From positions 96,001 through 160,000 of IMG/VR virus record IMGVR_UViG_3300028603_000022: a DNA stretch of 64,000 nt; one strand, 5' to 3'. Positions 57,056-64,000 of the stretch are shown here, in pieces. Every line of letters starts with the position of its first letter. Position 1 is the first letter of the stretch. Source of the DNA: a virus (taxonomy: Duplodnaviria > Caudoviricetes). The notes under the pieces are model-generated. The model saw only the letters and a list, made by a program, of their open reading frames with translations. It was not told the origin of the DNA and searched no databases. The translations under genes and the position numbers were made by a program.

Positions 57056-59401
57056 CTATTTCTTTCGTCCTACAATACCAATATTACTATAATTAGTTGT
57101 AGGACCAGCACTACTGCTAACAGATGTAACAACACCAATGTTATTCGCCCCCATAACTCTAGAACCTCCCGAACTACCTAAAGCTACAGTACCTAAAGCT
57201 ATCTTTGGAATATAGGAAGATACAGAAAAAGAGAGAACTTCAGCCAAAATATCTTCATCTTGAAGACCTGCGTGACATACTACACATGACCTAAGTATAT
57301 CATCTGTAGTGCCTTCCTCTCCCTTAACTACAGCGGTTCCAGTATTCTGTACTGTCATCATCTGAAAAGCTAAATGAGCTACAGGTGTCTTAGCAAAACA
57401 TTGAGGGTAGTCCTCCAATGTCATTTCAGATATATCTTTGAATTTCATATCGAGTTTTGGATGGTTAATAAGCTCATGATACATACCATCTTTATAGTCT
57501 ATGAACTCTTGCATACCTACTTTTAGCTCATAATAGGAAATACCTAAAGAATCTTCCAAATCTTGTTGAATTTTCTTATTTTGCCAACTATCAGAAATAA
57601 CCACAGCGACATTAAATTCTTCACATAGTGGCTGTAATATATTCTTATACACAGATGTAAACGATATAGGATAGTCTTTTCTAGGTATAATTTCCCCTAC
57701 AGCAACTACTTCCATACCAACTAAGACATTTTCTTCATCCTCATCGTCTATATCAGGTATAGACGTAGGGAAGGCTATAGAAAAAGCAAACGAATTATTA
57801 CTGTATCCCGCGTCTAACCCTAAGATAGAGCCTCCACCTAAAGGTGCAGCTATCCGTCTGGTTATTTTATAATGACCAGAAGTAGCTAGTTTCTTAGATT
57901 TAGTTTTAATACGTTTTGTGGTTGTTAGTATAGCGTTTTTCTGATTTCCAAATGTTTCTTCTATAAGTTCTTCGTCTTTAATCCAAGGATTAGACGACAT
58001 AGGCGGTTCACAACCGTAGTCTCTCATGGCGGCTGTGTAGTCAGTACGAAATTCTTCGTTGAACGCCTCTCTAGGTAGATTTGGATTAGCTAACCATGTC
58101 GGAGTTTTAAGTGTGTAAACTTCTTTAGACCCTTGAGACTTACGGAATCTAGTCATGATAAGATCATTGCGAGCAGAGGGAGAGCTTATCATGGCTAAGT
58201 TCGGTTTAGGTAGATTATAATAACCCTGTTCAAATCTTTTTTGGTAAGCTACTCTCATTGTAGTAAGAGATCGTTTTAGGGCCGCGTAGACCTCATTACC
58301 GTTCATACGCTCGAAGTCACCACCTTGCTTCTTTTGCCCTACACGAAACCACCCAGCTTCGTCGCATACAGCGCTGATTCTGGTTCTGCCGCGTAGGCTT
58401 CTTTGTGAAGGAGAAGCTGGCGCTAAAATCATATTTTTATGTCGGTACGTAAGAATAGTTTCACTGTGTTTATATAACTCCTCTCCGAGTTTGAATCCCA
58501 TTTCCGTCAAAAATTTGTGATACTGCTTATACCAGTTGGAATCAAGAAGAATTGCATTAAGCGGATCCCAAAAAGAACCCTTAGCTTGTCCAAAAGTAGT
58601 AGCTGTATACGTACCAGTAAAAACTGATGATTGTAATACTTTAAAAGTAGAAGGTAAGTTAGGAGTTGTAACCCATCTAGCGATGTTATACGATTCTATC
58701 ATGGTCGATAATATCGACTTGCCACTTCTCTGGCCCAGGATGCTAATTAATTCTACAGGGTCGTTTAGCTCTTCATTGGTAACTAAATCGTATTTTGTAG
58801 CCTTACAACGTGGACATTTACCGTTTTTAAGGAAAACCACGTTTGATTTTACGTCATCTAAGGTATCAGCTACAGGAATGTCTTCTATATACGCTTCGTC
58901 ACTGCATCTAGGACACCATTCAGCCATAAAATGCAGCGCAATTTGCATCTGTTTAGCAAAGGGTTGCTGGTCTCCTCCAATAAATTCCTCTTTTGTCATC
59001 CAATCTATTACATTAGCGGGTTTAGGTATATCCCTATCATTGATTTTTAGATCGGGGGGAAGCGGATTACCTGAATCCAATACACTTTCAATCAAATCAG
59101 ATATAGAGTCTTCTTTAATATGCTTTTCAGTAATGTTTACTTTGGAATTGAACCCTAAACGCTCATTCTTAATAGATTCGGTCTTTTTATTTTTATTTTT
59201 ATTCTTTTTCTTCTTTCGTTCTTCGTATTCGTTGTCTTCTTCGATAACATCATATATAGAAGCATCAAACTCCGTAGTGAAGCGTGTACAAGCGTAGTCC
59301 ATATCCTTATTAGGATCACGACACATAAGCCATTTAGAACATAGAAGACAATTTCTTTTTAAATCAGCTTTAACAGGTGAACCTAGAGTTACCTTGTTCA
59401 T
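57056..59401 (-). CDS. Terminase large subunit
   Basis: GQRSGKS Walker A, LRGRT, VCDEAGWF Walker B, ISSP, PTWLAN, GLDAG, TDD. Confidence 0.85.
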   Translation of the reverse strand: MNKVTLGSPVKADLKRNCLLCSKWLMCRDPNKDMDYACTRFTTEFDASIYDVIEEDNEYEERKKKKNKNKNKKTESIKNERLGFNSKVNITEKHIKEDSISDLIESVLDSGNPLPPDLKINDRDIPKPANVIDWMTKEEFIGGDQQPFAKQMQIALHFMAEWCPRCSDEAYIEDIPVADTLDDVKSNVVFLKNGKCPRCKATKYDLVTNEELNDPVELISILGQRSGKSILSTMIESYNIARWVTTPNLPSTFKVLQSSVFTGTYTATTFGQAKGSFWDPLNAILLDSNWYKQYHKFLTEMGFKLGEELYKHSETILTYRHKNMILAPASPSQRSLRGRTRISAVCDEAGWFRVGQKKQGGDFERMNGNEVYAALKRSLTTMRVAYQKRFEQGYYNLPKPNLAMISSPSARNDLIMTRFRKSQGSKEVYTLKTPTWLANPNLPREAFNEEFRTDYTAAMRDYGCEPPMSSNPWIKDEELIEETFGNQKNAILTTTKRIKTKSKKLATSGHYKITRRIAAPLGGGSILGLDAGYSNNSFAFSIAFPTSIPDIDDEDEENVLVGMEVVAVGEIIPRKDYPISFTSVYKNILQPLCEEFNVAVVISDSWQNKKIQQDLEDSLGISYYELKVGMQEFIDYKDGMYHELINHPKLDMKFKDISEMTLEDYPQCFAKTPVAHLAFQMMTVQNTGTAVVKGEEGTTDDILRSCVVCHAGLQDEDILAEVLSFSVSSYIPKIALGTVALGSSGGSRVMGANNIGVVTSVSSSAGPTTNYSNIGIVGRKK

Positions 59402-60375
59402 GTTGTTTCTTTCGTTGTATTATTTGTCCTTCTATTGAGAAGGGCATTCCATTTCTTATCCAGCTTGGAGAAGAACTCTTTAATGCTTTTAGACTTGGTT
59501 TTCTTTAATAGAGCATCAAATCGCTGTTTAATGTCTATAGAGTCTGTTCTAAAATTATGTATGTCATTTTTATAATAACTGTATAGATCGATATTATAAT
59601 CGAAGGTAATTCGGCTACGCGTTCTTTTAGACAACTTATCTAGGGAGTCATACCTAATCAATTCACCTAATTGGTCTATCCAATCAGGTGAATACCAGTC
59701 TTTATTCTTCTTTTTGACTATCTTAGAACGGCCCATAGCTATATAGCTAATACCTTTTTTAAGAGGTACATTTTGATCCATAACGCTTAGAATAAGTTCC
59801 CGATCTTCTTTCTTTTCAACGCCACGTAAATAACCCTGTTTATTAGTTTCTGTGAAGAATTTAACAGGTATTTTACGCTGCTTAGCTAGAATAACTAACT
59901 TTCTAAGGTACGAGATATAAGAGTCTTTCATATCAGAGGTATGAATATATACACGTATTTCTTTAATAGCTTTAGATACGCCTTTGAAAACTGGATCAGA
60001 ATAGAACATTCGTTCTTCTGCTTCTCTACCTGAACCCATTTGTCTGCCATATAGACCTAAAGTAAAATATTGAACAGGTTTAAAAATGGCGTTTCTAGTT
60101 TTTAATTTACGCTTGTCAAATACAAATAGAATAGGATAGTTAATAGAACGTAAACCACTACTACGATCGGCTATATAACCAGAAGAAACCGTTCTGGCAA
60201 AAGATATGTACCAAGGTTTATACGAACCCATTTGAGCTTCAGATTCATTAGTTTCAGACAAAGATAGATGAAAAGAATCTGTTTTTAGTATAGAATAAGC
60301 TTTGTAAAATTGTGTGTTATGAAACAGAAAATAATCAGTTACAGCAGCTAACTCTAAATATTTAAGGTATCTCAT
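59398..60375 (-). CDS. Putative ART-fold internal virion protein
   Basis: LFHNT...ISFART...EAEER; N-terminal MRYLKYLELA. Confidence 0.45.
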   Translation of the reverse strand: MRYLKYLELAAVTDYFLFHNTQFYKAYSILKTDSFHLSLSETNESEAQMGSYKPWYISFARTVSSGYIADRSSGLRSINYPILFVFDKRKLKTRNAIFKPVQYFTLGLYGRQMGSGREAEERMFYSDPVFKGVSKAIKEIRVYIHTSDMKDSYISYLRKLVILAKQRKIPVKFFTETNKQGYLRGVEKKEDRELILSVMDQNVPLKKGISYIAMGRSKIVKKKNKDWYSPDWIDQLGELIRYDSLDKLSKRTRSRITFDYNIDLYSYYKNDIHNFRTDSIDIKQRFDALLKKTKSKSIKEFFSKLDKKWNALLNRRTNNTTKETT

Positions 60376-60719
60376 TATTCGTACCTAACAAATTTTATGT
60401 CTTTTGGTGGTATAGGTTGAGTAGAAATAGCTTCATATCTAACAGAAGGATCAATAATAAGTTTATTTATATCGACAGTAACTTTTAGTATAGCTAAAGT
60501 TTCGTCATCTTCAAATTCTTCACCTAACCAATTCATTAAAGCGTCTTCTAAACTATCCATCGATGTAAACAAAAATATACCAGGCTTTTCTTTTAGCTTT
60601 GAAGAGCGAGGTCCAATTTTAGGTTGTAGACCTTCTCTTTTTATTTTTTGCCAATTTCTTTTAGAAGTTACATGATACATAGTTGTGGAAGCTAATTCTA
60701 AGTATTTAAGATAACGCAT
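60375..60719 (-). CDS. Putative ART/Tpt1-like protein
   Basis: MYHVTS...IKREGLQP...GIFL...IPP; N-terminal MRYLKYLELA. Confidence 0.55.
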   Translation of the reverse strand: MRYLKYLELASTTMYHVTSKRNWQKIKREGLQPKIGPRSSKLKEKPGIFLFTSMDSLEDALMNWLGEEFEDDETLAILKVTVDINKLIIDPSVRYEAISTQPIPPKDIKFVRYE

Positions 60720-60764
60720 GTTTAACCCTCGTAAAACATAGAATTAGGGTTGTAAAAAGCAACA

Positions 60765-60790
60765 AAAAGGGCGGTATTTTACCGCCCTTT
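60765..60790. terminator. Terminator
   Basis: AAAAGGGCGGTA-tt-TACCGCCCTTTT type hairpin. Confidence 0.7.
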
Positions 60791-60794
60791 TAAC

Positions 60795-61211
60795 TCAAAC
60801 CGCGTTTTTAACTCGAACAGACGTAAATTGTGATTGAAATTGTTTAAGGAATTTCAAACCTTGTTGATCTATTTGGTATCCTACGCCCCAAATAGTAGTT
60901 ATTATAATTGGTAAAGAATGGTCCTTGATCTTTTTACGTATCTTACACGCCATCGTATCCATGCTTTTCTTCGCCGGAACCTCACGTTCATCAAGATACA
61001 TTCTATCGTATATGTCTTTTCTGAATATACCTTTATTGGCTATACAAAAACTAAATATTTTTGTTTCCAGATCGGTAAATCCATATTCAGCTGGAAGAAT
61101 AAGTCTTGGAAACATAGCTGTTTTAAGCTGTTCATATTTTTCTTTGTAAAGGTCTCGTTCGTCTGTTAGTTTTTCTATCCTTTTTCTAAGGAGCTTCAGT
61201 TCTACGTCCAT
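60795..61211 (-). CDS. OmpR/CtrA-type winged-helix DNA-binding protein without receiver domain
   Basis: FTDLETKI, KSMDTMACKIRKKI, ITTIWGVGY. Confidence 0.8.
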   Translation of the reverse strand: MDVELKLLRKRIEKLTDERDLYKEKYEQLKTAMFPRLILPAEYGFTDLETKIFSFCIANKGIFRKDIYDRMYLDEREVPAKKSMDTMACKIRKKIKDHSLPIIITTIWGVGYQIDQQGLKFLKQFQSQFTSVRVKNAV

Positions 61212-61229
61212 ATGAAAATTACCTCATGT

Positions 61230-62729
61230 TTAGTTCCACGGTTTGTCTAATAGACGTTTTACCGCGTAAACAGTTTCCATGAATTTTGGGTGGCCTTCCA
61301 TACCGGAATCTTCAAACTCAGCCAATTCCATTAAATCTTCGTCATCCAACTCATTACAAATACTCAACACATAAGGAATAGCTACTAGATAAACCCATAC
61401 AGGAATATCAGTAATATCTCTGACTATTAGATGTGGAGATTCAACAAGCGGGGTGTCTTCAAGCTCTAGAAAAGACCTATCTTTCAAATTTTTAGGATTA
61501 CCTATCAACTTAGACAAGCCTGAATAATGTTCTTCGACATAGGTATCAAGTGATTGTGGGGCGGAATCTGTAAACGTAAGACCCATGTATTTATCTAGAA
61601 TCTTGTTAGAGTATTCCCCTAAATCTTGTTCTAGAAAATCAGCTTCTTCGTTTTCACCTTCTTCCACTTCATAGAAATCACATTTATCAAATGTAACTAA
61701 CACCCTAAGCAACCCATCCCCAAATTCTGATAAGTGCTCTACTAAACCTTCCGCGTTATCGAAATTGTTATCTTCCAGAAATTCCACTAGACAATGATTG
61801 TCGGTAGTTAGAACATCGCCTGTTATGCTTACACCGATATCCGTAATTACAAAATAATCCATAGGCTTTAAAGCTCTATAGATAGATGGAGTATCTACAA
61901 TGGTAGATACAAACAGGTTATTCATAGCGTATATGAAATTGTAATGCTTGTAATCGTTTTTATTGAACACAGATACATAAGATGTAGACAAATTATGTAT
62001 GTAAATAGAATCATCAGAAGCTACCTTCCTTACTATGGAAGACAAATATTCTGCTCCAAGGCGCTTAGCTTTGGTAGTTGAGGCAGCTTCAACAATTTCT
62101 ATTTGAGATAAGCCACCCTCTACAGAGTAGATATTCAGCCCTCGGTTAAAATCGAAGTTAATAGCGTAAAGAAATCCTTCATATTCTACCACAACCGTCA
62201 AAGTTATAGCCAATACATCATCGGTATCAGCGTCTATATGCGAGTATGTGGTGAAAATAGTACCTTGAATATCGTATAGCTCATCAGAATCAGTGGTTTC
62301 ACCTGTTTCTTCAGCTTGTTGCTCTATTAAGGCATCAAATTCTTCTATAAAATAATCAGGAAAATAAAGTGATAGGCTTCTGGTTAAAGAAACAAAATTA
62401 CCTATCATCATTTCCTGATTACGAATATTGCCTATATAGGCATCAGGATACAAGTCACATAAAGCAGTGAATACCTCTTTAGATTTGTAAATGTCAGATA
62501 AGTCCCACTCAACTTTATTGTATTTAGCAAAAGTAGACCTTATCTGAATAATTTCTCCAGCCGAAGTCTTCGTTCTAGAAGGCAAGAAAAAAGGTTCTTC
62601 TTCAAAGAGATTAATTTCTTCATCGTCGTCATTACTGACACTGTAAAAAGATATAGCGGCCGAAGCAAAGTTCTTCATTTTCAATTTAAATATTCCTTCT
62701 GCTTCGATATATGTAAGTTTTGTTTTCAT
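61230..62729 (-). CDS. Large acidic hypothetical protein
   Basis: 499 aa. Confidence 0.7.
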   Translation of the reverse strand: MKTKLTYIEAEGIFKLKMKNFASAAISFYSVSNDDDEEINLFEEEPFFLPSRTKTSAGEIIQIRSTFAKYNKVEWDLSDIYKSKEVFTALCDLYPDAYIGNIRNQEMMIGNFVSLTRSLSLYFPDYFIEEFDALIEQQAEETGETTDSDELYDIQGTIFTTYSHIDADTDDVLAITLTVVVEYEGFLYAINFDFNRGLNIYSVEGGLSQIEIVEAASTTKAKRLGAEYLSSIVRKVASDDSIYIHNLSTSYVSVFNKNDYKHYNFIYAMNNLFVSTIVDTPSIYRALKPMDYFVITDIGVSITGDVLTTDNHCLVEFLEDNNFDNAEGLVEHLSEFGDGLLRVLVTFDKCDFYEVEEGENEEADFLEQDLGEYSNKILDKYMGLTFTDSAPQSLDTYVEEHYSGLSKLIGNPKNLKDRSFLELEDTPLVESPHLIVRDITDIPVWVYLVAIPYVLSICNELDDEDLMELAEFEDSGMEGHPKFMETVYAVKRLLDKPWN

Positions 62730-62745
62730 AAAAGGAAATAACCTC

Positions 62746-63165
62746 TTACGAGGCTACCTCCATTAATTTGGTTTCTATTTCATTCAATGAAATAGGATTG
62801 TGGTCCAACCAACGTTTTGATTGCATCAAGTAGTTAAGGAACAACGTTTCGTTCTCCAAACCACCTAGTACGTAGGCTATTCCCGGTTGTTCCCATACAC
62901 GTTTGAATGGTAAAATAGGTATTACTGCTTCTATTTCAGGATCACTTGTATTCAATCCGGGTAAAGCCAACGATTTAACCGCTGTTTTATTACTAGGAGT
63001 ATAAAAAACAATGTTACCGACTACTTCTTTGTCTAATAATCTCTTTTCCGCGAGAATATAAAGCAGTGTTCTGGCTTTCAAGAGTGCGATTTCATCATTA
63101 TCGCCTTTAGGGAGAAACCGAACTCCATGTTCGGTTTTTGTTTTCTTTAGATACACAAATTCCAT
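62746..63165 (-). CDS. Hypothetical protein
   Basis: SD GGGAG. Confidence 0.65.
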   Translation of the reverse strand: MEFVYLKKTKTEHGVRFLPKGDNDEIALLKARTLLYILAEKRLLDKEVVGNIVFYTPSNKTAVKSLALPGLNTSDPEIEAVIPILPFKRVWEQPGIAYVLGGLENETLFLNYLMQSKRWLDHNPISLNEIETKLMEVAS

Positions 63166-63185
63166 TTACTTACTCCCTTCTACGA

Positions 63186-64000
63186 TTAATCGAAGTCTTC
63201 TTCGACTTCAACCCGCTTTTCGTTGAAGGTTTGCTGCACGATGGATACTCGATACGAATTGAGAGTATGCTTTTTGAATCTACGTGAACGACTCAAACGT
63301 TCTACCAAGATTTCCGCTGACCTGGCAGTGGTAAAGAACAGTGCTGTATCAATCGTACCATGTAGATTAAGATCTGCCGGTGTTTCCAGAGGCTTATCAG
63401 GATCGTTCTTTTGTAGAATACGCCCATGTTCGTCTTTAACGATCCAGTAAGATGAATTACCGATCAGACGTTTGGTTTCTTCAAGCTGCTTTTGAATAGA
63501 CTTTTGAAGGTCATCGTTTCTTTCTTTTGCCGCCTTCAATTGGTTAGTTAGGTACTCAATCGTGTTATTTGATCTTTCCAGAGCTTCGGATGAATATTTC
63601 GACGCCGTGACGGTACGATCCATTGTTGCCATCAACACGTTTAGAATGTAGAGGGCATTGACAGGTGTACATGGCATTTCATCCAGAACAGGAATATGAG
63701 GCCCGTTTGGAAATTCGTTTTCAAGAGGAAGGGTTATGTTGAAAAATTGGGCAAGGGAATTTACCTTTTGTGTAAAGGTAACTATATACTTCACATACTC
63801 CCGGACCATATCGTGATATTCACGAGTTCTGGCTCCATTGATTACTACATCGGAACCCAGCATCGCCGTCAAACGTTGATTGATCTTTGTTTGATCCGCC
63901 GATTTCTGGTCTACTATGCGTAGTCGCGACTTCATCATTTCAGACGATATCGCGACTTCAAAATCTTCTTTGGTTTGTTGGATAAGAGAGGCGACTTCTA
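63186..64000 (-). CDS. Coiled-coil hypothetical protein, 5' end outside window
   Basis: Frame stays open upstream of 63938 to the window edge. Confidence 0.65.
   Translation of the reverse strand, partial: EVASLIQQTKEDFEVAISSEMMKSRLRIVDQKSADQTKINQRLTAMLGSDVVINGARTREYHDMVREYVKYIVTFTQKVNSLAQFFNITLPLENEFPNGPHIPVLDEMPCTPVNALYILNVLMATMDRTVTASKYSSEALERSNNTIEYLTNQLKAAKERNDDLQKSIQKQLEETKRLIGNSSYWIVKDEHGRILQKNDPDKPLETPADLNLHGTIDTALFFTTARSAEILVERLSRSRRFKKHTLNSYRVSIVQQTFNEKRVEVEEDFD

Noticed and set aside
58536-59297. 253-aa + strand ORF
   Set aside because: Antisense to the terminase with no independent signals

Overview
This window is part of a large lytic dsDNA tailed-phage genome. It is mostly AT-rich, with a GC-richer early region at about 12-20 kb. 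The host is very likely an alphaproteobacterium (Rhizobiales-like), inferred from EcfG-like, CtrA-like and DUF1194 genes. Replication genes: family A DNA polymerase, beta-clamp, DnaX-like loader, DnaB helicase, primase and SF2 helicase. Nucleotide metabolism: DHFR, ThyA and Dcd, plus 7-deazaguanine genes (QueE, QueD, two QueC-like). Other content: terminase large subunit, a divergently transcribed early region with consensus sigma70 promoters, and a tRNA/ncRNA island. Main discovery: a Nop/IS110-C-terminal-only protein (24015-25064) preceded by a degenerate 18-nt-periodic array, and a second, cleaner 11-unit 36-nt dual-repeat array of the same repeat family 22 kb away (46390-46773), directly upstream of the two QueC-like genes. 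Together these look like a TIGR-TasA-type RNA-guided system. Also notable: a tRNA-Lys + HNH cassette nested inside a broken tRNA, tRNAs with atypical variable arms, several unexplained structured RNAs, two phage-specific promoter motifs, and a conserved N-terminal targeting peptide. All calls are by-eye motif recognition; no database searches were run.
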